Source: a virus
Lineage: Duplodnaviria; Caudoviricetes
Reading direction: 5' to 3' (one strand)
DNA: 64,000 nucleotides
Virus record (IMG/VR): IMGVR_UViG_3300014202_000529
Coordinates: 1 to 64,000 of that record
Shown here: in pieces, positions 31,877-40,388 of the stretch
How positions within the stretch are numbered: position 1 is the stretch's first letter
How the letters are laid out: every line of letters starts with the position of its first letter
Translations under genes and position numbers: made by a program
Notes under the pieces: model-generated
Told to the model about the DNA's origin: nothing
Databases searched by the model: none
The model's input: only the letters and a program-made list of their open reading frames with translations

Positions 31877-32110
31877 TTAAACCGGTAACCTTGCCGCCCT
31901 CTTTCCGTTTCCTTTTAGAAGGTTGAGTTCCTGTACTTCAATCTTAATCTCTTCCCTGAGAGGTTTAGACAAGAGAGAGGCCGCAACCGTATGTTCCATT
32001 CCGGTTTCATCGCAGTAATCTACGAGGGTTTCCCAAAGAGATACCTCATTGGATTTGGAACGGGCTTGGATCATGTCACTGAACTGCGCAATCTCACCCC
32101 GCGTCGGCAC
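31877..32110 (-). CDS. gp33: late transcription coactivator gp33
   Basis: VDYCDE..E..ASLLSKPLRE.I..E...LNLLK; synteny dsbA-33-59-32. Confidence 0.85.
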   Translation of the reverse strand: MPTRGEIAQFSDMIQARSKSNEVSLWETLVDYCDETGMEHTVAASLLSKPLREEIKIEVQELNLLKGNGKRAARLPV

Positions 32111-32397
32111 TATTGCACCTTAGCCGTAACCTTGAGGTACAACTTCTCAAACTGTTCCTGTTCCATCTTTTCCTGATCGAAGCTCTGCTTGTAGTGCACC
32201 TTGACCAACTTGGAGATAACCTTTGACGAAAGACCCAACTCCTTAGCTAGGGTTTTCTTTGCATCCCTGACATACTCCCTCTCACCTTCTGCGCGAGACA
32301 ATGAGTTTGAAGTCTCCTTCAGGGTGTGCATCAACTTCCCTCGCTGTTCTGCTGTCAAACTATCAACGTCCACTGGTTGCTTTGCTGATTTTGCCAT
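32110..32397 (-). CDS. dsbA: double-stranded DNA-binding protein DsbA
   Basis: ELGL.SK.ISKLVKVHYKQ.F..E.....FEKLY; T4 synteny; ATG at 32397. Confidence 0.8.
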   Translation of the reverse strand: MAKSAKQPVDVDSLTAEQRGKLMHTLKETSNSLSRAEGEREYVRDAKKTLAKELGLSSKVISKLVKVHYKQSFDQEKMEQEQFEKLYLKVTAKVQ

Positions 32398-32405
32398 AAT
32401 ACCCC

Positions 32406-33002
32406 CTATGTTAGTTTTGGTTGATCCGCATAAAACAAATGCTTCCCGATCTGCCCGACGAACACTTTCTGGTGCATCCATTCTGGTGTCACGTAGTCTG
32501 CATGATAGTATAACGCTTTATGTAGTGACATATCAAGCAGTTCTTTTTGCCAATAGTTAATTAGTGCTCTTTCAGCTATTTCCTTCGACTCCTTCCAAAC
32601 CTTCCACACAGGTCTGTGTAGTTCTTCCGCACATTTATACGAAAACTGGCAAATTCGTTTGTCCTTTACAATATGAGACTGTTTTATCACTCCGCATACT
32701 GTACTGGGATAGCGTTTATTGTATACTCGGTTCACAATGACCATCGCAACTGCTTCTTTACCCAGTTCTGTTTGGTTCGCTGCTTCGTAGTAAATAGCTT
32801 CTGCTAAGCACTCCACATCTTTTTTAGTGGTGGCTACTTTGAGTGGTGCTACAAAATGCCGAGTTACATATTTCTGTGTAGAGTATGATTCAAGGGTTTC
32901 ATTTGATTCCACAAGAGGAATCGGACCAATTAGAGCCAAGGATACGGAACATACAAGAACTCCACTGAGTTTCATAATCCATTTTAAAACCATTACCACC
33001 AC
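32406..33002 (-). CDS. SleB-like cell wall hydrolase
   Basis: CLAEAIYYEA, V.NRV...YP..VCGV, CQFS, ALYYHADYV.P.W and IGKHLFY motifs; hydrophobic N-terminus. Confidence 0.9.
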   Translation of the reverse strand: MVVMVLKWIMKLSGVLVCSVSLALIGPIPLVESNETLESYSTQKYVTRHFVAPLKVATTKKDVECLAEAIYYEAANQTELGKEAVAMVIVNRVYNKRYPSTVCGVIKQSHIVKDKRICQFSYKCAEELHRPVWKVWKESKEIAERALINYWQKELLDMSLHKALYYHADYVTPEWMHQKVFVGQIGKHLFYADQPKLT

Positions 33003-33003
33003 C

Positions 33004-33696
33004 TTATGGGTTTTCTTGATAGTAAGTATCGATGCACTTCTGCAGTGTCGGCAGATACGACTCCTTGTCTTTTACGTATACCACTGGTTTTGGTTCATCT
33101 TCCACTGCCATCAGGATAACCAATTTGTTGATTGGCATCCCAGTTCTCTCTTCGAACATCTCTGCATATGCTGCTGCTTGTACGAAGTAATTTAAGATCC
33201 ATGCTTCTGGTTTTGCTTTAGCTGCTGTCTTAAAATCGAGTATCGCAATGATATCATCCCAGGTTGCTATGGCATCTGCTCTACCTGCAATCCTCAATCG
33301 GTCAGAATACAACCCCTGCTCTACAGCATACACAAATTTAACATGTTTGTCAAGTTCGCGCTGGATCTGTAGGAATAGCTCTTTGGTAGTAGGCATCATT
33401 CCTGCTCTCTCCAGCATAGAAAGACCAGAAACCATGTACTTTTCGCAGATTAAGTGGACCCCTGTACCTCGAACTGCGCCGCGTTTTGTCTTTTTATCTG
33501 CAGCTTCGTTACCAACCCTCTTTCGCCATGCAGCAATTGCGTCTCTTGTGAGGATTTTTGATATGGTAGAAGCCGAGGGGTATTTTTTACCTTCTGGGGT
33601 GGTGTAGACTCTCCCCTCTTCGCTTGTGTCAGAGGGGAGATCATAGGTTAAACTTGGTAGGCTAATCTTCTCAAATTTGGATTTCGTTTCCAGCAT
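33004..33696 (-). CDS. PD-(D/E)XK exonuclease (RecB/Cas4-like)
   Basis: Y.TPEG..YPS.STI, RGT.VH, AGRAD, DFKT and YFVQ..AY motifs. Confidence 0.85.
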   Translation of the reverse strand: MLETKSKFEKISLPSLTYDLPSDTSEEGRVYTTPEGKKYPSASTISKILTRDAIAAWRKRVGNEAADKKTKRGAVRGTGVHLICEKYMVSGLSMLERAGMMPTTKELFLQIQRELDKHVKFVYAVEQGLYSDRLRIAGRADAIATWDDIIAILDFKTAAKAKPEAWILNYFVQAAAYAEMFEERTGMPINKLVILMAVEDEPKPVVYVKDKESYLPTLQKCIDTYYQENP

Positions 33697-34378
33697 CTTT
33701 ATATTTACCTTCACTAATAATAAAGTCTTTCACAAGTGCATTTCTCACAATATCACCATTACCAAATTCTATCTTCGCAAAACACTCCATGTCATCTAGG
33801 ACATTAAGGAAATGATGTAACCCCTGTCGGTCCCTGGATCGTTCTAGGTCGCTTTGTCGATAATCACCACTGAAGATCAATCTTGAATTATCACCAGTGC
33901 GAGTAATGACGGTTCTCAATTCGTCATATGTGAGGTTTTGCATTTCATCGACAACGATAATCGAGTTCTTGAATGTCAGACCCCTCAGATACGAGGTTGT
34001 TGCAAACACAATCTTTTTTCTAGATTTCAATTCTTCGTATGCTGTACCTTTTTCAAAAAGATCCGCACATATTTCTCGATAAGGATCTTCGTAGACTGAA
34101 ATCTTTTCTTTAAGGGTTCCGGGTAAGAAACCAATTTCCCTAGTTGGAACAACGGAACGAATGATAATCACTTGCTCATGTTTGGAGTCTTGTGCAAGAA
34201 CCGCACAAAGCGCCATATGGATGGAAATGTATGTTTTCCCTGTTCCTGCCACCCCATGAAGAATTAAATTGTACCCCTTGTGAAATTCCTTATACGCTCG
34301 GTTTTGGTTAATGGTTATTGGTTTCACGTTTTTGCATGATAAAGGAGCAATCACAGCTACAACTGCTTTGCGTCCCAT
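33671..34378 (-). CDS. phoH: PhoH family ATPase
   Basis: G.AGTGKT, IGFLPG..EK, RGLTF, DEMQN and GD.RQSD motifs. Confidence 0.94.
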   Translation of the reverse strand: MGRKAVVAVIAPLSCKNVKPITINQNRAYKEFHKGYNLILHGVAGTGKTYISIHMALCAVLAQDSKHEQVIIIRSVVPTREIGFLPGTLKEKISVYEDPYREICADLFEKGTAYEELKSRKKIVFATTSYLRGLTFKNSIIVVDEMQNLTYDELRTVITRTGDNSRLIFSGDYRQSDLERSRDRQGLHHFLNVLDDMECFAKIEFGNGDIVRNALVKDFIISEGKYKDAGNEIQI

Positions 34379-34397
34379 GCTTGGCCTTTGGTTAAGG

Positions 34398-34655
34398 TTA
34401 GACTTCTCTGCTCGTTCTGAATCTAGACTCCCTTGATTTTCCGAAATAGTGTTTTTCTATTGGCTTGATGATGTGGTTGATAAAATCACTTGGTGGTTGC
34501 TTAACCCCAAGGGCAACCGGATCACCCACATTCATTTGACGGAATGTCACTTCATAGTCTGGGTTATCCTTTAGAAAGACCTCAAGCGCGGCAATAGTCA
34601 TAAACCGCTCACTCACTTCTCCGGTGGGTCGATGTAGAATATCATACGTTGGCAT
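34398..34655 (-). CDS. small hypothetical protein
   Basis: 85 aa, MPTY....TGEV.E..M......FL..NP pattern. Confidence 0.7.
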   Translation of the reverse strand: MPTYDILHRPTGEVSERFMTIAALEVFLKDNPDYEVTFRQMNVGDPVALGVKQPPSDFINHIIKPIEKHYFGKSRESRFRTSREV

Positions 34656-34656
34656 A

Positions 34657-34803
34657 TTATTTCACCTTCACTGCACCTGGTGCATCGATAACCTGCTCAT
34701 ACTCTGGGTTATCTGCTAAAAATTTCTGTAAATCGCTATATGGCATAAGCGGAAGGGCTTGAGGAACACCTTCAGATTTCTTTCGCACTGTAAAGAATGG
34801 CAT
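34657..34803 (-). CDS. 48-aa protein similar to the N-terminus of 34398..34655
   Basis: AGGAG RBS; MPFFTVRKKSEGVPQALPLMPYSDLQKFLADNPEYEQVIDAPGAVKVK; FLADNPEYE matches FLKDNPDYE. Confidence 0.6.
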   Translation of the reverse strand: MPFFTVRKKSEGVPQALPLMPYSDLQKFLADNPEYEQVIDAPGAVKVK

Positions 34804-34844
34804 AATTACTCCTTTTATTTAGTGATTGTCTACAATAAGATCCA

Positions 34845-35501
34845 TCATATGTGAATGTATGGAATTGAATTTGTTGCTTTGTAATCTTCTGTACAGGTTG
34901 ATACGTTGTAGAAGGTGGTATCTCCATGAGAGACAATTCCATACCCCTCATGAATGTGACCAAAGATATGGGCACTTGGTGCATGCTTTTCAATTGCTCG
35001 TAGCAAATCCTTATCACCCACATGAGGATCTTCATTCACATGTGGGCAAGACACCATATCGAGGATTCCATATGGTGGTCCATGTGTAATCAGAACGTCC
35101 ATTCTAGGACCATCGTGCACCATATCCCAAAGTCTTTTACCCCTCTCCCCGCCTCTTGGGTAGTCAAAAGACCAATCCGATGGATCGTAAATCGCCGAGG
35201 TATATGGTGAGCCGAAAAATGTTACCCCATCGATTTCATGGTACTCATGGTCCAAATAGATTGCAGGAAAGAAGGTATCTTTGACCCATTGCCTAGATAA
35301 TGATTCACATGCTCTATCATGATTTCCTGCGATCACAATTTTATGTTTATGTGGAAGAGATTTGAACCAATCCGCAAACTCGATAACATGTTTGGTTTTT
35401 GCTCGCATGGAGAAGTCTCCGGCATGGATCAACACATCCCCATCCGGTATGGTGAGATTCCTATGGAAGCCATGTGTATCTGACAACGCAATGAGTTTCA
35501 T
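34845..35501 (-). CDS. metallophosphoesterase
   Basis: SDTHG, HAGD, AGNHD, THGPP and GHIHE motifs; GAGG RBS before ATG 35501. Confidence 0.9.
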   Translation of the reverse strand: MKLIALSDTHGFHRNLTIPDGDVLIHAGDFSMRAKTKHVIEFADWFKSLPHKHKIVIAGNHDRACESLSRQWVKDTFFPAIYLDHEYHEIDGVTFFGSPYTSAIYDPSDWSFDYPRGGERGKRLWDMVHDGPRMDVLITHGPPYGILDMVSCPHVNEDPHVGDKDLLRAIEKHAPSAHIFGHIHEGYGIVSHGDTTFYNVSTCTEDYKATNSIPYIHI

Positions 35502-35518
35502 AATATCCTCTACTAAAG

Positions 35519-35646
35519 AGCAGACGGTCTTGCCAGCAACAGGGGTGTTGGAGTTACTAACTAACTTATGTAACACCATCCCAACAGAGCCTACCCCAGC
35601 AAGACTCCGCTACCAGCCACCCTCGATTAAAGGTCTCGGTTGGCTG
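35519..35646 (-). ncRNA. structured intergenic RNA (long imperfect hairpin plus short hairpin)
   Basis: Nested inverted repeats GTCTTGC/GCAAGAC, TGTTGG/CCAACA, GTTAC/GTAAC; separate CAGCCA/TGGCTG hairpin. Confidence 0.5.
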
Positions 35647-35649
35647 AAT

Positions 35650-35970
35650 TTAGCTTGATGCAATCATCAAATCTTCTGGTTTCAATTCAACCGGTGGGGG
35701 TTGAAGAAGACCCCTGCTGATAGCGTAAGCTACCATTTCGTCATGGTTCGCTAACGCAAGACTCACAATGTTTCGACCGTTCTTGTTCTTGGTGACCACT
35801 GCACCCATCTTCTTCAAATCCCAGAAATAGGAAGGAAGTTTATATAACGGCATCTGTGGACCTAGCACATCCCCTATTTCCTTGATGGTTACGTTACCAC
35901 CATTTGCAGCGATCAATACGATTAGAATCTTCTCTGCTTGTCTAGGATTCTTCCCTCGTCCTCTTCCCAT
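35650..35970 (-). CDS. hypothetical protein, possible winged helix
   Basis: 106 aa with its own sigma70 promoter and RBS. Confidence 0.65.
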   Translation of the reverse strand: MGRGRGKNPRQAEKILIVLIAANGGNVTIKEIGDVLGPQMPLYKLPSYFWDLKKMGAVVTKNKNGRNIVSLALANHDEMVAYAISRGLLQPPPVELKPEDLMIASS

Positions 35971-36002
35971 AACAAATTCCTTCCTGGTTAAAAAGTATGC
36001 GC

Positions 36003-36031
36003 ATTATACAATACTGGTGTGGGGAAGTCAA
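36003..36031 (-). promoter_or_regulatory. sigma70-type early promoter
   Basis: TTGACT-17-TATAAT. Confidence 0.75.
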
Positions 36032-36033
36032 CT

Positions 36034-36255
36034 CTACTTTTTAGACTTCTTCGCTCCCCGTTTAGCCATCTTCTTTTTAAATACTCGAATTTTTTGCGGC
36101 TCTTCTTCTGGTTCAAGAATGCCTACCCGAAAATTGAGTGCAACCCCCTCATCATACTTCTTCACTACACCACCCTTATTCACAAATTCATCAACAAGAG
36201 ACTTGAGTTCAGCGGAAGACATTCCAGGTGGTTCCAACAATTCTTTGTCACTCAT
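36034..36255 (-). CDS. hypothetical protein
   Basis: Coupled to the upstream ORF; basic C-terminus. Confidence 0.6.
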   Translation of the reverse strand: MSDKELLEPPGMSSAELKSLVDEFVNKGGVVKKYDEGVALNFRVGILEPEEEPQKIRVFKKKMAKRGAKKSKK

Positions 36256-36430
36256 TATCAATTTCCTCCCTTTCGTCCGCAGATTGTTGTTCTTTCATTT
36301 GTTGATATTTTCTATTCCCCTCGCACCACGGGCAGCTACCATGATTTCGACAACTGCTATCAAAGGACTTCGCCTTTCGATAGGGTTTTCTTTTTTCTTT
36401 CCCCGATTTAATCGCTTTGTCCAGGCTCAT
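36248..36430 (-). CDS. small basic Cys-containing phage protein
   Basis: MSLDKAIKSGKEKRKPY..D.SCRNHGSCPWC.GNR. Confidence 0.7.
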   Translation of the reverse strand: MSLDKAIKSGKEKRKPYRKAKSFDSSCRNHGSCPWCEGNRKYQQMKEQQSADEREEIDNE

Positions 36431-36587
36431 ATCTTAAGTTCCAATAATAACCAGCCCCATTCTCATTGGACTCTAGGGTACAATGACATTCAGTGCACCC
36501 CACCTGACATGATTGTCTTCCTGTACCAACTCGCACAACCTCTGCTTCCCCACCACAGAAAGGACAGGGTTTAAGCTGCAGCGTCAT
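36408..36587 (-). CDS. Lar-like (restriction alleviation) zinc-ribbon protein
   Basis: Not in the ORF track; MTLQLKPCPFCGGEAEV...VGCTECHC...WNLR fits the LKPCPFCG...C..C...WN.R pattern. Confidence 0.7.
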   Translation of the reverse strand: MTLQLKPCPFCGGEAEVVRVGTGRQSCQVGCTECHCTLESNENGAGYYWNLRYEPGQSD

Positions 36588-36732
36588 CTTTCTTACCCCG
36601 ATCCCTGTACTCCTTTTGAATCGCTGTTTTCTTTTCGGGAGTCAGTTTGGTGTACTCCGTATGGGTCATATTCTTCTTGAATTCGAGCCAGCTACGGAAC
36701 TGTGCCTTGGTTCCTGTCTTCGTATTCTCCAT
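36571..36732 (-). CDS. 53-aa hypothetical protein
   Basis: GAGG RBS; MENTKTGTKAQFRSWLEFKK... Confidence 0.55.
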   Translation of the reverse strand: MENTKTGTKAQFRSWLEFKKNMTHTEYTKLTPEKKTAIQKEYRDRGKKDDAAA

Positions 36733-36767
36733 GATCCCTCAGTGCTCCGGTATTGGTTAATTATGTA

Positions 36768-36929
36768 TTAATACTCGTCTACCATTCCAATTTCACCCGA
36801 CACGATCCCATCAAGATCACTGTCCAAATCCTCATCGAGAAGTTCATCAAGTTCGTCTAGAGCGTCTTCATCGATCAAGATTTCTTCTTCATCACTACCA
36901 AAAATTTGTTCTCGTTCTCGCTGTGTCAT
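36768..36929 (-). CDS. 53-aa highly acidic protein
   Basis: GGAGG RBS; 22 of 53 residues are D/E. Confidence 0.65.
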   Translation of the reverse strand: MTQREREQIFGSDEEEILIDEDALDELDELLDEDLDSDLDGIVSGEIGMVDEY

Positions 36930-36952
36930 GATTCCTCCGGTTAATATGGTTA

Positions 36953-37507
36953 CTATTTCATAGAAATTTTTGCGTCGGTAATCATTTCATATGCTCTAGT
37001 CCATAATTGTTTATCCCCCTTTGTTAAAACTTCAAGCAACTCCTGCTTCTCTGGAATGTAAGTTTTTGCAAACTTTGGGTCATACTTCACAATCGTACTA
37101 GTATTTGAAATCAAATCTGCAAGCTTGATCGTTTGCGCTTCCGCTGGTGCTTGTGCTAGATGATCCCGATCTTTCCGCTTGCGAGTCTTACGGTTCCCAT
37201 CGCTTGGTTTACTCACATTGGTCAACCACATCACAAGATCCGTCACACCATCACCAAATTCTTCTCTAAGAACGTCTTCGGTAACCTTGGTGTCTTCGAC
37301 AACATCATGTAACCAAGCTGCTGATATCATATTCACATTCCAATATTGGGTTGTGGCTACGATATCCGCTACTTGTGCCGGGTGGATGATATATGGTTCG
37401 AAGGTGTACTTTCTCACCTGTCCAACTGCAGCATGAGCAGCCGTTGCAAACACCCTCGCTCTCTCTACCAGGTCATCCATCTCAGTTCCTCCATCTGTCA
37501 TCTTCAT
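36953..37507 (-). CDS. HD-domain hydrolase (small alarmone hydrolase/Mesh1-like)
   Basis: AH..Q.RK...PYIIHP, AAWLHDVVEDT and IKLADLISN motifs. Confidence 0.85.
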   Translation of the reverse strand: MKMTDGGTEMDDLVERARVFATAAHAAVGQVRKYTFEPYIIHPAQVADIVATTQYWNVNMISAAWLHDVVEDTKVTEDVLREEFGDGVTDLVMWLTNVSKPSDGNRKTRKRKDRDHLAQAPAEAQTIKLADLISNTSTIVKYDPKFAKTYIPEKQELLEVLTKGDKQLWTRAYEMITDAKISMK

Positions 37508-37513
37508 GATCTA

Positions 37514-37542
37514 ACCATACCACCTTACTACCAGATTGTCAA
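37514..37542 (-). promoter_or_regulatory. sigma70-type early promoter
   Basis: TTGACA-17-TATGGT followed by TAGATCATGA. Confidence 0.65.
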
Positions 37543-37805
37543 GATATCCCTTCCGGCCACACAGAACTAGGAAGTGGGGGGAAGTCTTTCATATACTTGA
37601 GCTGATTTAGCTCTGCAAATTTATGCGCTTTAAAGACATCCAACTGAACCCTAAGTCCAGTATGACAGAAATCCTCATTAATTAGACTGTAATTGTAGAA
37701 TTGTTGTTCTAGAAAGTCTCTTGGGATTTGACCATAGTTCGGAACAGAGTGGGTCATTTCCATTTGGAGGATAGCGATAATTTTTCTACCGTAACAATCT
37801 ACCAT
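37539..37805 (-). CDS. hypothetical protein
   Basis: 88 aa with promoter and RBS. Confidence 0.6.
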   Translation of the reverse strand: MVDCYGRKIIAILQMEMTHSVPNYGQIPRDFLEQQFYNYSLINEDFCHTGLRVQLDVFKAHKFAELNQLKYMKDFPPLPSSVWPEGIS

Positions 37806-37822
37806 GATTCCCTCATGATCTA

Positions 37823-37851
37823 ATCATAACATTCAGATGGAGACATGTCAA
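37823..37851 (-). promoter_or_regulatory. sigma70-type early promoter
   Basis: TTGACA-17-TATGAT followed by the same TAGATCATGA. Confidence 0.75.
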
Positions 37852-37869
37852 GTGATGTAAGTTATTGAT

Positions 37870-38109
37870 TTATTTGATAACCTTAACATGATATATCTGA
37901 ACCTTACCGGTTTCATCATCTTTCTCGGTTTTGGTTATTAGTGATATGTCAGCAAGGTAACAGAAACGCTGGAATTCGGTTGAAAACGTGGGGTCATCCG
38001 CGAGTATCACAAGCTCATCATCTTTGTGTAGTGCATTGAGCGCAAGCCGAGTCTTGACGATCGGCATTGGGCACTTCAATCCTCTGCAGTCTACAAGTGT
38101 ATTTTTCAT
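37870..38109 (-). CDS. tusA: TusA/SirA family sulfur carrier
   Basis: VDCRGLKCPMPIVKT..AL....L..LADDP signature; ATG at 38109. Confidence 0.88.
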   Translation of the reverse strand: MKNTLVDCRGLKCPMPIVKTRLALNALHKDDELVILADDPTFSTEFQRFCYLADISLITKTEKDDETGKVQIYHVKVIK

Positions 38110-38167
38110 AGGTTGGGCTGGAGCCGATTTCTCGGCTCCGTAACTCACACCACACATGGTGGTTGAG

Positions 38168-38335
38168 CTATCCTTGCAAAAGGGTCTTTCCGTCCTGACG
38201 GTGCTTAATCTGCTCCTGTGTCGCTTGAGCTTTTGCCCTCTCAAGAGCAATCAGATCGATACTCAACTGAGAAATCTGTCTTTCAATATCCCTGATTCTT
38301 GCTTCGATAGAATTAACATCCATCATTTGGCTCAT
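38168..38335 (-). CDS. small coiled-coil protein
   Basis: Heptad-like pattern; start uncertain. Confidence 0.5.
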   Translation of the reverse strand: MSQMMDVNSIEARIRDIERQISQLSIDLIALERAKAQATQEQIKHRQDGKTLLQG

Positions 38336-38489
38336 CCTCCCACATGTCGAACCCACTTGATTCAACTTTGTGAGTGCTTCTTGTATGTTTGTTCTTTTTG
38401 CTTCCTCCGCCACCCTTACGAACTTCTTCCTCTCGACCGGTGCGGAACTTTGTCTTGCGAGTCACTTCTAACTCACGACTACCATACAT
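38313..38489 (-). CDS. 58-aa hypothetical protein
   Basis: AGGAG RBS; MYGSRELEVTRKTKFRTGREEEVRKGGGGSKKNKH... Confidence 0.5.
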   Translation of the reverse strand: MYGSRELEVTRKTKFRTGREEEVRKGGGGSKKNKHTRSTHKVESSGFDMWEDEPNDGC

Positions 38490-38499
38490 GGTGGTCTCC

Positions 38500-39165
38500 T
38501 TAAAATTTAGTGAATATTTTGTCTGCCAACTTAACCTTCACACCCTCTTCCGCTGTCAGCCAGGCATCGGATGGACGTAAAAGTTTTTTCTCCACTACAC
38601 GCTTACTAATATGGCAGTAGTTAGTAAGCAAACTGTTGATACGATTCCTACAGAACTCCAACTCCTTCATTCCCGCTTGAAGTTCATGCTCCTTCCCTTC
38701 CATGTCAGAATAGAACTGGTGCATCATGATACCAGCATGTCTTGCAAGATATCGATGCCCCCTCTGACCACAAGCGAGGATCAATGCTGCCGCAGACATA
38801 ACGTTACCAATTCCAACCGTCGCAACCGGATACTTTGATGCATGCATTACGTCGATCAACGCGAATGCATTGTACAGATCACCACCACTGGAGTTGATGT
38901 ACAATGTGAGCTGCTTTTTGACTTTCTTTCCTTTAATTTCTTCTTCTGGTTTCACATTTTCTGCAATGATCCACTGAACAGCTTTACCGACTGTATCATA
39001 ATTAATCTCACCTTGCAACAAGTGAGAGTGGTTATTAATTAGTGCTGCTTGGATTGGATCATGGTCTTCTGTTCCGTCGCTGATTACAAAAATTGGTTGG
39101 TTGCCGTGTTGAATGTCAGTATCTTCGGTTGTTGGTTCTGCTGATTTGTTTTGTGCCCTTGCCAT
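38500..39165 (-). CDS. clpP: ClpP-like serine protease
   Basis: LYINSSGG, G.VMSAA (catalytic Ser), IMMHQ (His) and D.WLTAEE (Asp). Confidence 0.88.
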   Translation of the reverse strand: MARAQNKSAEPTTEDTDIQHGNQPIFVISDGTEDHDPIQAALINNHSHLLQGEINYDTVGKAVQWIIAENVKPEEEIKGKKVKKQLTLYINSSGGDLYNAFALIDVMHASKYPVATVGIGNVMSAAALILACGQRGHRYLARHAGIMMHQFYSDMEGKEHELQAGMKELEFCRNRINSLLTNYCHISKRVVEKKLLRPSDAWLTAEEGVKVKLADKIFTKF

Positions 39166-39854
39166 GGATACTCTCCTTGGTAACGTTGCTGAGTTATTTT
39201 GTTCCCTTCCAGAAACATCTGTTTTGTCGCTGCGCTAGTTTCGCCGCCTAATCTATAATTAAGTGTGAACTTTTCGGTACAACTGAAATTAGGGGATGCA
39301 CTCTTCACAGCGGCAAAGAATTGTCGGTCTGCTCCCCATTGCCCATACCAATTATGACCCACTTTCACAGCAAGGTCCCTAGGAATTACGAAACAACCAG
39401 TATCGATGTGATACCGACCACTATTTACAAACGCTTCCCATTTACCAAGACTTTCACAGTTATCTTGGCAGACAAAAGTTCCATCGGGGTCATACACATT
39501 ACGAAGGGTATAGCCCCACTGACTCTTATTTAGAATCTTGCGGAACTCATCGATATAGTTGGGTTCTGCCCAATTATCCTCATCCATGTAACACAAATAA
39601 TCTTCATTGACGAGGAATGACGCTGCAGCATAGACCCTATGACCATACCATCCCTTACCAACATTATTCTCCAAAGAGATTATTTTTATTTTTTGAGTAA
39701 CCCCAACATTGAGGAGAATTTTATTAATGTTAGCAAAGTTATCCCGCCCATCCATCACTATATAGTGTGTGCAATCTTGATCTTGTAAAGACCGCACACA
39801 GGTTGCAAGATAGTCTGTACCAATGGTTGGGGTTATCACAGCAAAGGAACTCAT
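39084..39854 (-). CDS. glycosyltransferase family 2-like
   Basis: VITPT, HYIVMDG, DEDNW (DxD), IDT and GADR.F motifs. Confidence 0.8.
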   Translation of the reverse strand: MSSFAVITPTIGTDYLATCVRSLQDQDCTHYIVMDGRDNFANINKILLNVGVTQKIKIISLENNVGKGWYGHRVYAAASFLVNEDYLCYMDEDNWAEPNYIDEFRKILNKSQWGYTLRNVYDPDGTFVCQDNCESLGKWEAFVNSGRYHIDTGCFVIPRDLAVKVGHNWYGQWGADRQFFAAVKSASPNFSCTEKFTLNYRLGGETSAATKQMFLEGNKITQQRYQGEYPWQGHKTNQQNQQPKILTFNTATNQFL

Positions 39855-40378
39855 TATTTTGTCTCCTCTTCCCCCTCTACCTTCTGAATATTCGTCTTTG
39901 TTGCATTTGGTGTGACTTCCTTTTTCTCCACCACTTCAAACGGCATACCCGGAAATGCTTCCTTGACCAGTTTAGCAGTGAGATATTTTACACCAAGATT
40001 CTTTTGAAGTAAACCTACAAGCAACTTCGCTTCATCTGCATGAAGTGAAATCAGCAATGCATAAAGAATTCTTGCTTCTTTTTTAGGATCTAACTTTCCT
40101 GTTCTCTTGGGGTGTCCTTGAATAAAGATGTACAACCGTCTCATCTCATTGTTCAATGAGGTAATAGATAACCCTGCAGGATCAACTGACGGTTTGTAGG
40201 TTGGAATTGCATGAAGGTCAAACTTAATTCGGGGATTAAACGCATAGTTCAGGAATTCCTTGAACCATACATTGTTATTCCCATACTTTCGAAGTACCTC
40301 AATTCGATGCTCTCGATTGGTCTTCTTGTCGAATTCCTCAAAGATCTCACTAAACAGCACATCCGTATACTTTGCCAT
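39854..40378 (-). CDS. hypothetical protein
   Basis: 174 aa; LH.DEA.LL...K and LVKEAFPG motifs; next to rnh. Confidence 0.7.
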   Translation of the reverse strand: MAKYTDVLFSEIFEEFDKKTNREHRIEVLRKYGNNNVWFKEFLNYAFNPRIKFDLHAIPTYKPSVDPAGLSITSLNNEMRRLYIFIQGHPKRTGKLDPKKEARILYALLISLHADEAKLLVGLLQKNLGVKYLTAKLVKEAFPGMPFEVVEKKEVTPNATKTNIQKVEGEEETK

Positions 40379-40388
40379 GATTCCTCCG

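Noticed and set aside
33004-33696. Cas4-like nuclease as part of a CRISPR system
   Set aside because: No repeat-spacer array or other cas genes seen; this exonuclease is common beside phoH in T4-like phages.
35502-35579. N-terminal extensions in the ORF track (also at 25582, 32481, 38250, 50866, 53209)
   Set aside because: Downstream ATGs match the family N-termini better; the extensions overlap RNAs or other genes.
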